Assembly: GCA_965237955.1 (NCBI GenBank)
Contig: OZ250169.1
Location: 3,232,001-3,296,000, forward strand
Origin: Candidatus Marinacidobacterales bacterium
GTDB lineage: Bacteria > Acidobacteriota > Vicinamibacteria > Marinacidobacterales > SMYC01
Direction of reading: 5' to 3'
DNA: 64,000 nucleotides
Part shown: piece by piece, positions 10,390 through 21,083 of the stretch
Position numbering within the stretch: the stretch's first letter is position 1
Layout: each line of letters begins with the position of its first letter
Notes under the pieces: model-generated
The model's input: only the letters and a program-made list of their open reading frames with translations
Told to the model about the DNA's origin: nothing
The model's database searches: none
Program-made: the position numbers and the translations under genes

Positions 10390-12387
10390 TTACTGCTCGA
10401 CTCGCTCCCACGGAGTCCATTCTTTACCCAGGACGTACTTCTGCATCCAGCGTATCTCCTCGACGACGCGGATTCGCAACAGCCTCGGTTCGCGGATACC
10501 GTGCCCCTGTCTCGGGAACTTGATGAAGCGGGTCGGTACGCCCAGGTCCTGAAGGGCGTCGAAGTACACCATGCTCTGGTTCGTGCTGCTCGTCTGGTCT
10601 TTCTCTCCGTGCAGGAACAGGGTCGGTGTCTGGACGTTGTCGACGTAGTTGATGGCGGAACGCCGGCGCCACTCGTCCCGTTTGGTCCAGTGCTTGCCGC
10701 CGATGTACCAGTTGGCCACGTCCCAGTTGAACCCCGGCCCGCTTTCGCCAATCCAATTGCTGACGCCGGCACCTACCGAGGCGGCTTTGAAACGGTTTGT
10801 CTGAGTGATGACCCATCCTGCGGCGACACCGCCCCAGCTCCAGCCGGCTACACCCATTTTTGCCGGGTCTATATGGCCGGCTTCGATCACGTGGTCCACC
10901 CCCGTCATCGCATCGTCGTATTCACCGCCGCCAACGTCTCCCATCAACCCCCGCAGAATGTCGTCGCCGTAGCCACTCGAACCCCGAACATTCGGGCCGA
11001 GCACCGCATACCCCAATCCGGTGTAGATGATGAACTCGGGCTTGAAGGCGTTGGCCCAATAGCTACTGGGACCGCCATGGATTTCGAGGACGAGAGGTAA
11101 CCGAGATCCCTCACGATAGTTCCCGGGAAGCAAGAACACACCTTCTATCTGAGTGCCGTCCGTGCTTTCCCAGCGAATGACCCGACTCTTCGGCGTCAGG
11201 ATCTCTTCTTCCGTCCAGGGATTGGCATGTGTGAGCCGAACGCTCGTCCCGTTCGAATCAGAGCTATAGAGATCGGCAGGGGTATCGAATTCTTCGAATG
11301 TATAGGCGAACCGGGATCTGTCCTGTGAATACGCGAGCACCCGGTGCGTGCCGGTCCGTGTCGTCAGAGCCTCGAAGTTCCCGGACGCAATCTCGAGCTG
11401 GTAGAGGTTGGTGTTCGTGCCGTGCACTTCGTTGAAGAGGAGACTCTCTCCATCGGGTGTCCAGACGAGGTGGTCGATCTTTCCGGTGTTCTGTCCCTCC
11501 AGTTTCTCGAGCTCGCCGGTGTCGGGGTTCAGGATCCACAAGTAGCCGTTGCTCAGCCCCAGCTCTTTGTCATCGGAAGCGTGAAATACGAAACGCCTCC
11601 CATCCGGAGCCCAGACAGGATCGCTCTCGAGAGCTCGGTTACGGGTCAGGTGTTTCATATCGTTCCCGTCCGTCCGGACGAGATACAGCTCCGACAAGAA
11701 AGGGAAATTCCCGCGGTTGTCGCGTCGAGCCGTAAAGACGACGCGAGAGCCGTCGCTCGACACATCGAATCCACCGATGAGAAAGTCCTCTTCGGTAATA
11801 CGAGCCACCTTCTTGGACGTGATATCGAGGTGCCAGAGATGCGTCCATCGGCCATGGTTCTTGCCATCGGCTCCTTCATTGACGAATATCGGATCGGCTC
11901 CGAGCGCGAACTCGTTCGCCTCTTCCTCGGTCATCGCCTCTTTGGCGATGAACACGATGCTCTGCCCATCACCGGACCATTTGTAATCGGTGATTTCTCC
12001 GCGGTGCTCCGTCAACGGCCGTGCCTCGCCACCGTCCAGGGGCATGACGAATATCTGTGGTTTTTCCTCGACCTTTCGCAACATGGATAGGTATTCCCCA
12101 TCGGGCGAGATGAGAAAATTCTCCCCGCCGTCCTTGCGAACGAAGGGAATCGGTGATCCGCCTTCGGAGGGAATCATGAAGAAACTCTTTTCGTATTTGT
12201 TCGTCTCCCAGTTCAGATGGCGCTCGGAATAGAAGACCCGGGAACCATCGGGCGTCATGGCGACGTCGCCGATCCTCACGAGCTTGAGGAGATCGTCGAC
12301 TGTCATGGCTCTCTTGTCCTGTGCGAAGCTGGGTACGGAGGCGCAGCAAAAGAGAGTGAACGACAACATGGCCGTACGCACGCGCAT
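10390..12387 (-). CDS. S9 family peptidase (acylaminoacyl/dipeptidyl peptidase), secreted
   Basis: Signal peptide MRVRTAML...SFA; PD40-like propeller repeats; IHGGP, NVRGSSGYG, nucleophile GWSWGG, HGEKD, QGHG. The ORF-track extension to 13032 is read-through of unrelated fragments. Confidence 0.9.
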   Translation of the reverse strand: MRVRTAMLSFTLFCCASVPSFAQDKRAMTVDDLLKLVRIGDVAMTPDGSRVFYSERHLNWETNKYEKSFFMIPSEGGSPIPFVRKDGGENFLISPDGEYLSMLRKVEEKPQIFVMPLDGGEARPLTEHRGEITDYKWSGDGQSIVFIAKEAMTEEEANEFALGADPIFVNEGADGKNHGRWTHLWHLDITSKKVARITEEDFLIGGFDVSSDGSRVVFTARRDNRGNFPFLSELYLVRTDGNDMKHLTRNRALESDPVWAPDGRRFVFHASDDKELGLSNGYLWILNPDTGELEKLEGQNTGKIDHLVWTPDGESLLFNEVHGTNTNLYQLEIASGNFEALTTRTGTHRVLAYSQDRSRFAYTFEEFDTPADLYSSDSNGTSVRLTHANPWTEEEILTPKSRVIRWESTDGTQIEGVFLLPGNYREGSRLPLVLEIHGGPSSYWANAFKPEFIIYTGLGYAVLGPNVRGSSGYGDDILRGLMGDVGGGEYDDAMTGVDHVIEAGHIDPAKMGVAGWSWGGVAAGWVITQTNRFKAASVGAGVSNWIGESGPGFNWDVANWYIGGKHWTKRDEWRRRSAINYVDNVQTPTLFLHGEKDQTSSTNQSMVYFDALQDLGVPTRFIKFPRQGHGIREPRLLRIRVVEEIRWMQKYVLGKEWTPWERVEQ

Positions 12388-12401
12388 CGTCGTGGATCCG
12401 G

Positions 12402-12650
12402 CTACTGCTCGGTGCGGTTGAGGAGCGCGTAGACGCGCTGCACGGCGTGTGTGAGCGTCATGCGCCTCCTCAGGGTGATCGTTGGCGGCTTCGGGACTAC
12501 CGCATTCGTCGCGTCTCGATAATTCTTCAGGATCGAGACCTGCTTCCGCAGGTCCGCTTCGGCGTCCGGATCGGTCGCGTCGATGGTCGTCTGGAGCTTG
12601 CTCTCTGTCTCCTGCAGAGGATGCGAATGTACTTCTCGTTCGAGCTGAAC
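12402..12650 (-). pseudogene. Internal fragment of a probable MBL-fold hydrolase
   Basis: Coiled segment followed by VVPKPPTITLRRRMTL; no start or catalytic motifs present. Confidence 0.35.
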
Positions 12651-12689
12651 AACAAGTAGACTCCTTCGGGTCAAGTTGTCGGAGAATGT

Positions 12690-12930
12690 CTGGATGGAGG
12701 CGACCATGCCGATGCGAACGTTGCTGTCTGTCATCGACGGCAGCGGCCACGAGCTCGTGGACGGTTTCGTAGCCGGCTCGGGAGAGCTCGGTGAGAAGCT
12801 CGCGGCGGAAGAGGAAGTCGGGGCGCAGCATTTTGAGAATGGAAAAACTCCAAACGGCATGGCCGACGTCTTCCAGAAGCTCCTCTTGTAGAAAAGCTGC
12901 GAAGGCCGCGGCTCTCTTGGCGTCGCATGC
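12690..12930 (-). mobile_element. IS91-family (Y2 HUH) transposase fragment
   Basis: CDAKRAAAFAAFLQEELLEDVGHAVWSFSILKMLRPDF, the region after the zinc-binding domain. Confidence 0.75.
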
Positions 12931-12988
12931 AAGAGTCATCGGCCTATCCTGTCTCAGGCGGGCAGCAAACCGCAACGGGTAATTAATA

Positions 12989-13300
12989 ATGATGTACTGG
13001 AACAAGATACAGGCAGCATTCCTGCTCCTCATCGCGTCAGTGACGATCGCGAGTAGCTGGCATTCAACCGGTCAGGAGGCCCAGAGCGCTCGAGCCCGGC
13101 TCGCCCGGATGGAGGAGGCGCTGGGTGGAACGGCGGCTCTTTCCGACCTGACGAGTCTCTCGGTGGCGGCATCGGGTAGCGGACCGGGAGGCGCGTTCGA
13201 AACGGAGATCGACTCCTTTCGCTACGACTATCGGGACATCCAGCTCAATGCAGTCTTGGCTCTCGATTTCGTGGAGCCGCCGGTTCTCCGGCAACGCTAA
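12989..13300 (+). CDS. Secreted hypothetical protein, probably an internally deleted remnant
   Basis: Signal peptide followed by RMEEALGG; short. Confidence 0.4.
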   Translation: MMYWNKIQAAFLLLIASVTIASSWHSTGQEAQSARARLARMEEALGGTAALSDLTSLSVAASGSGPGGAFETEIDSFRYDYRDIQLNAVLALDFVEPPVLRQR

Positions 13301-13374
13301 GACCAGCGGGCGCTTCTGGGCGTCCTGGAACGAGCTTCGTGCGAGCGACGTTCGTTGTTGTCTTCCGTTGTCGA

Positions 13375-13973
13375 TCACCTCGAGTCGCCCAAACCAGCCG
13401 AACCTCGCCGTTCGGCAGCCCTGGATTTCGCTGTCGACATCCAAGGTGCATAGGCGCTGGCGGCGCCCATGATGAGAAAATAGACGGCACCGCCACCGAC
13501 GAAGGCGTGAGCGCGATCAGCGATTTCTCGCCACTCGATTTCCGCCAGCCGGACGGCCTCGTCTGTGACACCAAAGTGGGGCCAAGGCAAGATGTAGATG
13601 GCGAACAGCATCGGCACGTAGACGTGAGCCCGAGGACAACGGTTAGTCCTGAGTCACCGTCGGCGTGCGACGGAACTAGAGCGCCAGCCAGCCGCCCGAA
13701 TATCACCAGTCCATAGGTCCTGAACACCGGACTCGACAAATCGCTTTCCGAGAATGCGAACGCGAGGACGGCGTAGACCGCGGCGAGCCCGAGCAGTGCT
13801 CCTAGCCGGTAGATCGGATTTCTCAGCTTGACGGCGGTCAGGCCCATGAACACGCCGGAATGGATCAGCACAAACTCGAGCCCTACCAAGTAGCCTGCAA
13901 TGTGCAACCAGTCTAGGCCTTGGCCGCTATACGGGCTGAACCAAGCAGCAAAAAGGTTCCACGCAACGAGCAG
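13375..13973 (-). pseudogene. Multi-pass membrane hypothetical protein, 5'-truncated by IS-A and frameshifted
   Basis: Hydrophobic segments (LEFVLIHSGVFMG) split over two frames. Confidence 0.5.
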
Positions 13974-14440
13974 TGCTGCTCGTACAATCATTGTGGAGGA
14001 TCGAGAGCGAAAGTTCGACAGGGTCCTTTGCACGCAGCCATGATCGGCCAGCTGGCGATGAGAATAGCACCCTGCCATTTTTGGGCATGACGAGAACCCA
14101 CCGAGTTCGGCGGAGCTACGACCATCGGCTGCGTGACGCCATCGCCGCGACGGGCAATTCGGACCTCTTCCGGGACGTCGCCATCCCTTGCTTCGACGCG
14201 ACGCACATGGGCGCGCGGCGAGGTACGGCCCGTGGTTGCTTCGGTGGACGTTGAGCTGGAAGTCTACGAGCTGTTGGAGCAGGTCGACAAACTAAGACAG
14301 CGAGCCAAGATGCAGGCGGCGATCATCGGGTTACTCGTGCGTGTGTTGAGGCTGCGCGGAGGCAAACTCGACGCCGATCGCGTTCCCGATGGTGAGACCA
14401 AATCGGCGGTGCTCCGGGCGATCGCGTCGGCGAGTGGTCT
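13974..14440 (+). mobile_element. IS family A, copy 3 (diverged left-end fragment)
   Basis: End TGCTGCTCGTACAATC; same N-terminal transposase sequence with a frameshift. Confidence 0.85.
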
Positions 14441-14760
14441 CCCGTAGTGTGCCAAAACTCGATCAACGCCGGATGCTGAGTGTTGGCAGGTCGTTGAAGT
14501 GTCCAGGAGCAAGCCCGCCGGACTCAATGGGCGGCTAGAATCCGAGCCCATGCAACCGTACCCCTGGCAGTTCTTCGTCATGGCCTTCGCGGGATGGGTC
14601 AACCGGTTCCAACAGGACGCGATCGAATACCTGAAAGAAGAGAATCGCGTTGTTCGGGAACAACTGCGTGGACGCCGACTACGTTTTACCGATGCGCAGC
14701 GGCGGCGGCTCGCGGCGAAGGCGAGGACGTTGGGTAGGGATGGCCTGAAGGAAATCACGG
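14441..14760 (+). mobile_element. IS family B left-end fragment
   Basis: End CCCGTAGTGTGCCAAAACTC; [21 protein letters not shown]...RRRLAAK is homologous to the element at 16320-17409. Confidence 0.75.
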
Positions 14761-14782
14761 CTCACACGCGGCGCCTTCGGAG

Positions 14783-14975
14783 GGATAGGAAATTCCATAG
14801 CCCTTAGCGTCTTGGAAATGGAGAAGACCCATTGGGCGTGGGCGACGTCGGCGAGAATCTGGTGTTGTAGCATCTCGGAGAAAATCGCCGCTCGCTTTGC
14901 GCCACACGAGGGGCATAGTCCTCGGCCTTTGCAGGAACACCTACACCTAGTGCACTTGACGCGAGCGAAGCCTGA
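14783..14975 (-). mobile_element. Internally deleted IS91-family element (zinc-binding fragment joined to an oriIS-like end)
   Basis: CKGRGLCPSCGAKRAAIFSEML...[11 protein letters not shown] is followed directly by GGAATTTCCTATCC. Confidence 0.75.
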
Positions 14976-15101
14976 TTCGAAGAGGCCATCGAAATTTCTG
15001 GTGACGACGGCATCGCAGAGTCCTCGCCAGAAACCGTACCCGTAGCCTTAGTTGATATCCGAGGCTGGCTTGGGAACAATGCTCTCCAGGCGTCCGCCCA
15101 T

Positions 15102-15641
15102 ATGTATGAGGACCCGACTTTGACCAAAGCGCGAAGGACCATCACTGCCGGCTCTCTGCTCTTGATCCTTGCAATCGCGATCGCCTGCGGCGATGACGAA
15201 GCTTCCGTCGCCATCCCGACCCCCTTACCGAACGCCAGCAACAAGATCAGTTTTCAGACCTTCCTCAGCGGCCACAACAGTGGTCTGGTTGGCAACGAAC
15301 CGGCCGTCTTCAAGATCGAGACCCAGGCTCAGTGGGCCGAACTCTGGAGCACCCATCGGAGCGCTGTCTCCCCGAAAACAGCTCCGCCGGCCTTCTCCTT
15401 TGAGGACCAGATCCTCGTCGCTGTCTTCGATCGTCAGCACTCCGCTGGTGGCGTCGACATCAAGGTCCAGGTCATCACGCGCTCCGAAAGCAGCATCGTT
15501 GTCGAGGTGGTCCGGACCGTCCCCGGTCCAGGCTGCGTCGTCCTTCAGGCGTTCACCGTGCCGTTCGATATCGTCTCTATCGACGACAGCGCTGGCGAAG
15601 TACAACTCGTCTTCACGGACAGCGTTACCGACTGTTCGTAG
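15102..15641 (+). CDS. Lipoprotein with a PrcB C-terminal-like domain
   Basis: Lipobox IAC; WAELW...PPAFSFEDQILVAVF...GG...PGPGCVVLQAFTVPFDIV. Confidence 0.7.
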   Translation: MYEDPTLTKARRTITAGSLLLILAIAIACGDDEASVAIPTPLPNASNKISFQTFLSGHNSGLVGNEPAVFKIETQAQWAELWSTHRSAVSPKTAPPAFSFEDQILVAVFDRQHSAGGVDIKVQVITRSESSIVVEVVRTVPGPGCVVLQAFTVPFDIVSIDDSAGEVQLVFTDSVTDCS

Positions 15642-15649
15642 GGTTCGCA

Positions 15650-15783
15650 AAACTCAGATGGCCTTGCTACAGGCGCCGTCGTTGACTGCGGGCCGCTCCA
15701 GACTTCGTCCACGAGCCCTTGCTTGGAGACGACTTCTCTCTCTCTCGCGAGAAGACATCGCAGCACGTTGGGTCCAAAAACAA
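15650..15783 (-). pseudogene. Winged-helix (OmpR/CadC-type) DNA-binding fragment
   Basis: VLRCLLAREREVVSKQGLVDEVWSG. Confidence 0.45.
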
Positions 15784-15825
15784 GGATAGTCAATTTCAAG
15801 CCGCTCCGGCGGCCCCGCGCCGCTC

Positions 15826-16311
15826 GATTCTACGGCGCTTACGCCAATCGCGTTCGTTCAGAAAAGATCGCTAGCAGTGACTCCGTGAAACAGGAGGAGA
15901 AAAAAGAGGACGATGTTCTCCCGCGAAGACGTGCTCTGAGTAAGCGATGGGCCGAGCTCATCTACCGTATCTACGAGGTCGACCCTTTGACCTGTCGTCG
16001 ATGCGGAGAACAGATGAAAATCATCGCCTTCATTTCCGAGCCTTCTGTCATCCGACGCATCTTGGATCATCTCGAGCGCAAAGCTCGACCGAGAGCTCCT
16101 CCCGAGCCCTCCGAGATCGCCGTCCACTAATCGCCCTACTCGAATGGACACTCCTCGTGTGTCTCGAACCCACGAAACACACTTGACCAACTTCGCACCG
16201 CCGGCGGCGGAGCGTGATTTCCCGTGGAGATGCTCACCGAAGGGTCTAATATCTATATCGTAGGAGAAACTCCCGCCCAGCTCGCAACCCGACGAGATAC
16301 AAATGCCTATC
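15826..16311 (+). mobile_element. IS91-family transposase C-terminal fragment plus oriIS-like end
   Basis: RFYGAYANR...WAELIYRIYEVDPLTCRRCGEQMKIIAFI...RAPP; ends at CAAATGCCTATC. Confidence 0.82.
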
Positions 16312-16319
16312 AGTTATCA

Positions 16320-17409
16320 GTCATGCGACGGTGGGCCCATCCGAGGTGTATGGCATCGATTCGATTAGACTGTTTCCGAGGCCTTGGTGATTTCTCTCAC
16401 GCAGATAATGGAGACGATATTCGCGGAGAGCGCGTTCCAGCGCATTCCGGCCAAACAAGATCATGCGGTCGAGGCACTCCTCTTTGATCGACCGCACGAA
16501 TCGCTCCGCGTGAGGATTGCAGTTCAGAGATTTTGGAGGAATCAGGACGACGCCGACGTCGTTTTCTTGCAGGATTTCTAGGAACTCCGTTGTGTATTTC
16601 GAATCTCGGTCGATGATGAGGTGCGAGTAGCCTTGGAGAAAGCTATCGTCGAATGCGGTGATATCGAGCCCCACTTGCTTCATGAAGAATCGATTCGGGT
16701 TGGGTGTCGGCGACGAGATATGAACGCGACGAGTCCTCAGTTGAATAACGAAGAAGACGTAGAAGGTGACCAGGCCCATGGGAGTCCAGATTTCGGCGGT
16801 GAAGAAGTTGGCACCGGCTAGCGTGTCCCAGTGGGTACTCAAGAACTGGCTCCACGTCGTTTTCCCGCGTCGCACAGGCGCGGGTTCGATGCGGTGGTCT
16901 TTCAGGATGCGCTTCACCGTATTCGGGGCGATCGTGTGCCCGAGGTTGGCCAAAGCTCCTTGGATCCGGTCATAACCCCAGCGCGGATTTGCCGTCGCCA
17001 TGCGAAACGACCAGCGCTTCGATTTTCGGCGAGACCGGCGGACGTCCCGTTTGACGGCGAGGGTACGTCCATTTCCGCGCGATGAGCTGCCGGTGCCATC
17101 GAAGGATCGTGTCCGGAGTGACCAGAGTCGCCACTTCCTCGAGCAGTTTCCGGCCAAGCTCCTTGCCCTTCGCCGCGAGCCGGCGGCGTTGGTCATCGCT
17201 GAAGCGGAGCCGCGCACCGAGCTGTTCTTTCAGAACGCGGTTTTCCTCTTGGAGGAATTCAAGGATTTTCTGCTGCTCTTGGTTCAGCCAGCCCGCCAAG
17301 AGGAGACCAGGAAGAGTTGAGGGGAGACGAATGTGCTCATTGCAAGCATCGTAGCGGAAGCCACTTACGGCTGCAGCGGGTGGCCGGCCGAGTTTTTGCA
17401 CCAAACGGG
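16320..17409 (-). mobile_element. IS family B rve transposase, frameshifted and 3'-truncated
   Basis: End CCCGTTTGGTGCAAAAACTC; [18 protein letters not shown] and AERFVRSIKEECL motifs. Confidence 0.85.
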
Positions 17410-17527
17410 CAGCGACAAATCGTGTAACATAGCCGACCATTGGGATGCTGGGGGCCGTACGAACCTTGCGGTGCGGCAGCCAGCCAACATGTCAAATTGA
17501 CTGCGCGACCCAGCGGGGCGCGCGGAA

Positions 17528-19132
17528 ATGACCATGAGCACGTCTCCTTCGGCACCCTCGAATGAAGGCCCGGCCCTCCCCTCCCTGGGCTCCGGTATAA
17601 ACGCTCTCCTAGTTTGGCCCGCCTTTCCGGCGTCCTTCTGGAGCTCCGAGGGCGCTGTGATGATCTCCGGGCACAAAGCGTTACTGCCTCCGCTGGGACT
17701 CATCACCGTAGCTGCCTTGTGTCCCGACAGTTGGACCGTCAAGGTGGTCGATGAATCTGTGGGAGAACTTCGCGACGCGGATATCCAGTGGGCTAACGTC
17801 GTCTTCGTGAGTGCCATGCACGTTCAGAGACACGGCGCACACAACGTTTTGCAGCGGGCCCGAAGCCTCGGCATTCGCACCATCATCGGTGGCCCCTACG
17901 CGAGCAGCCAACCCGACGTCCTGCTCGATCTCGCCGACCATGTGGTTGTCGGGGAGCCGGATGAGGTTTTCCATCAAATCGCCGAGGAACTCGAAAGCGG
18001 CCAGGCCGCGAAACTATATGAGATCGAGAACAAGCCGGACATCACGAACACACCGATCCCGCGTTTCGATCTTCTGGAGTTGGAAAAGTACTCTGACATG
18101 GCGATCCAGTTCTCCCGCGGCTGTCCGTTCGAGTGCGAGTTTTGCGACATCATCACCATTTACGGGCGAAAACCCCGCACCAAGCGTCCGGACCAAGTCA
18201 TCGCTGAGCTTGAGGCACTGCTACGACTTGGATGGCGAAGGGAAGTCTTCATCGTCGACGATAATTTCATCGGCAATCGCAAACGTGCGCTCGATCTAGC
18301 GCTCCAGCTTGCCACTTGGCAAAAGTCAAACGATTATCCGTTCGCTTTCTACACCGAAGCTTCAGTCGATCTGGCCCAGTGCTCCGAGCTCATCGATGCC
18401 ATGGTCCAAGCCAATTTCTTGTTTGTTTTCATCGGAATCGAAAGCCCTAGCGAAGCCTCCTTACGTGAAACAAAGAAATTTCAGAATCTGCGCCAAGATC
18501 TCCTGAAATCAGTGCGCCTCATCCACGCGCAAGGACTCTGGGTGACGGGCGGGTTCATTGTCGGATTCGATTCGGATGATAAGGACATCTTTGAAAGACA
18601 GCGGGAATTCATCGAAAGCGCCGCGATTCCGTGGGCGATGCTCGGATTTCTAATAGCCCCTCCGACTACGCCCTTATTCGACCGCATGAACCACGAGGGT
18701 CGGTTAATCGCCGACAGTATCTCCAGCAATTTTAGCCCGCCTAACTTTCGCACTAAGATGCCCCTTCTCGATCTACTAGGCGGTTTCAGGGACACCCTCG
18801 CGAGCCTCTACCGTCCGGATGCGTTCTTCGATCGTGCTCTTCGATCTCTGCGGCAGTGGGAGCCGAGGCAGCCGCAGAGCCCCCCCCACACGCCAGTAGC
18901 AAGAATGGCTGGCATCGTGGCGCGGTCGATCTGGTACCAGGGCATCCGGTCTCGCTATGCTCGCTCATACTGGAAATTCCTCTTCCAGTTCGTCTATCGC
19001 TGGGCTCGGAACCCCCCGAAGCTATGGCTCGCGTTCTTGGTGCTGATTTCATCTCATCACTTCTTACCTTACGCAATGGACGTGGTGTCGGAAGTAGACG
19101 ATGAGATACGCCGCGCCCAGGGGACTCTGTAG
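17528..19132 (+). CDS. B12-binding radical SAM protein (DUF4070-type C-terminus)
   Basis: PPLGLITVAAL, GGPYAS, SRGCPFECEFC (CxxxCxxC), VDDNFIGN, GFIVGFDSD. Confidence 0.88.
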   Translation: MTMSTSPSAPSNEGPALPSLGSGINALLVWPAFPASFWSSEGAVMISGHKALLPPLGLITVAALCPDSWTVKVVDESVGELRDADIQWANVVFVSAMHVQRHGAHNVLQRARSLGIRTIIGGPYASSQPDVLLDLADHVVVGEPDEVFHQIAEELESGQAAKLYEIENKPDITNTPIPRFDLLELEKYSDMAIQFSRGCPFECEFCDIITIYGRKPRTKRPDQVIAELEALLRLGWRREVFIVDDNFIGNRKRALDLALQLATWQKSNDYPFAFYTEASVDLAQCSELIDAMVQANFLFVFIGIESPSEASLRETKKFQNLRQDLLKSVRLIHAQGLWVTGGFIVGFDSDDKDIFERQREFIESAAIPWAMLGFLIAPPTTPLFDRMNHEGRLIADSISSNFSPPNFRTKMPLLDLLGGFRDTLASLYRPDAFFDRALRSLRQWEPRQPQSPPHTPVARMAGIVARSIWYQGIRSRYARSYWKFLFQFVYRWARNPPKLWLAFLVLISSHHFLPYAMDVVSEVDDEIRRAQGTL

Positions 19133-19312
19133 TGCACTCAACCGAAACCGCCACAAGACCTGGCCCACCACCATCCACGCCCAGCGCGTCAGCGGCCCGT
19201 ATGGCAAACATCAGGAAAGGCGCACGTGATGACGACCCCCTTGCCTCTATCAATATCGATAGGAACTTTAACCAACCGCACGATGAGTGCTAGGTCGAAG
19301 TCTAATGACCCG

Positions 19313-20799
19313 TGCTGCTCACACAGACATCATGCAGATTTCCGAGCAGGTTTTCGACGAGCCCCTGGCCTGGCGACACTCCGGACAGCAGGGCCAGCGC
19401 GAGACGGTTCGCAGCGATGGCAACTCGCTGCTCGATTTGCCGCGCTCCTGACCCGCTGCGCTGTCTTGCGTTGCTCGGAGAGCCGCTCTCGCAGATTCTC
19501 CTCCCGGCTGAAGTACACCTCGTCCGGCGTGCGAGCTCCGAGAACGGCGCGCGGGATCTTCTCGTTGTGCTCACGGACGTAGAACGCGACGCGACGCCGC
19601 ACCGCCGCCGCACTGTCGAGGGTGTTCAGGAAGAGCCACGCGTGCTTCAATTGTCGCCAGAACGCCTCGATCAAGGAGTTCGAGGAGATGATGTCGATCT
19701 GCGCGAGCACACGATGCAGAGAACTTGAATCCCGGAGCAGCTGGTCGACCTCGCCAAAGTTCTCCGAACCGCCGTTCGGTGACGACAACTACGTTCGCGG
19801 TCGCTGAGTCGTCCGGAAGGCTCTTTGACACCTCGATGAGGAACTCCCGGGTGGTGGCCGAGCTCAGCTTCTCGCTCACCCGCCAAGCAAGAATCCTTCG
19901 GCTGAAATTATCGATGACCGCCTGCAGTTAGATTCGGATGCCGGTCGTCAGCCGGATCACGGTCGCGTCGATTTGCCAGTACTCGTTGGGGCGCGTCGCC
20001 CTGAGGCCTGTCTTGGGCTTCGCCGGATGCACCCGCCTTCGAGGACGTTTCCACCCGCGCCTGCGGATCATCTTGTACCATGTGCTTGCCGAGGCGAAGA
20101 GCTTGCCAAGCCGCTGCGCGTAAAGCGCTAAGTTCTGGACGGCGATGTGGCGATAGCTCTTGGACTCAACGAAATCTCTCATCGTGGAGACTTCGTCGCG
20201 CGTGAGCTGGCTGGGAGTGGACTTCGGACAGCTCGGTTGATCGTCGAGTCCGCAGCCGTCTTCCTTGCGCCTCCACGCGTGATAACGCGCCGTCGAGACG
20301 CCCACGATTCTGAGCACGGTGCTTAACGACAGGAGACCAGTCGCCGACGCGATCGCCCGGAGCACCGCCGATTTGGTCTCACCATCGGGAAGGCGATCCC
20401 CGTCGAGTTTTCCCCGGCGGAACCTCAACACACGCACGAGTAACCCGATGATCGCCGCCTGCACCTTGGCTCGCTGTCTTAGATTGTCGACCTGCTCCAA
20501 CAGCTCGTAGACTTCCAGCTCAACGTCCACCGAAGCGACCACGGGCCGTACCTCGCCGCGCGCCCATGTGCGTCGCGTCGACGCGGGGATGGCGACATCC
20601 CGGAAGAGGTCCGCATTGCCCGTCGCGGCGATGGCGTCACGCAGCCGATGGTCGTAGCTCCGCCGAACTCGGTGGGTTCTCATCATGCCCAAGAATGGCA
20701 GGGTGCTACTCTCATCGCCAGCTGGCCGATCATGGCTGCGTGCAAAGGAGCCTGTCGAACTTTCGCTCTCCGTCGTCCACAATGATCGTGCGAAGAGCA
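19313..20799 (-). mobile_element. IS family A, full-length copy 4 (about 1.49 kb) with a disrupted transposase
   Basis: Imperfect TIRs TGCTGCTCACAC / TGCTCTTCGCAC; 3-bp direct repeat CCG on both sides; WQIDAT and IEAFWRQLK motifs; in-frame TAA at 19928 and a frameshift near 19775. Confidence 0.85.
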
Positions 20800-21035
20800 C
20801 CGCTGTAGTTGCTTGCCCTACACAGCTGCGCGCGGCAACAGGCCGCAATGCCCGTGCATACATGAAATTAGAACGGTAGACACCACCGTCCCCAGCCAGC
20901 TGAGCCGGTGCGGTCACGAACCGTATCCGCCCTGGTTACACTCCGTCGCCCGAACCGCGAAACGAATGCGACGTCATCACCCGACCCACCAACGACTTAG
21001 CCAGCCCTCGGCAATCGTGTTCTTGCGACCTCGCG

Positions 21036-21051
21036 CGGCAGCGTTCTTGCA
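21036..21051 (+). promoter_or_regulatory. sigma54-type -24/-12 promoter
   Basis: CGGCAGCGTTCTTGCA (GG-N10-GC), about 30 bp before the PLD start. Confidence 0.55.
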
Positions 21052-21083
21052 AGGTCGTCATCAGACCAAGACGGGAGAGGCCC

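Noticed and set aside
12938-12952. Additional oriIS-like motif GGCCTATCC
   Set aside because: It lacks the upstream AA-T part of the consensus and faces away from the adjacent transposase fragment.
10390-13032. 880-aa transposase-peptidase fusion
   Set aside because: Chance read-through of IS91 and other fragments; the peptidase has its own start and signal peptide at 12387.
850-20800. Integron cassette array as the explanation of the mosaic
   Set aside because: No intI, no convincing RYYYAAC...GTTRRRY attC sites, and mixed gene orientations.
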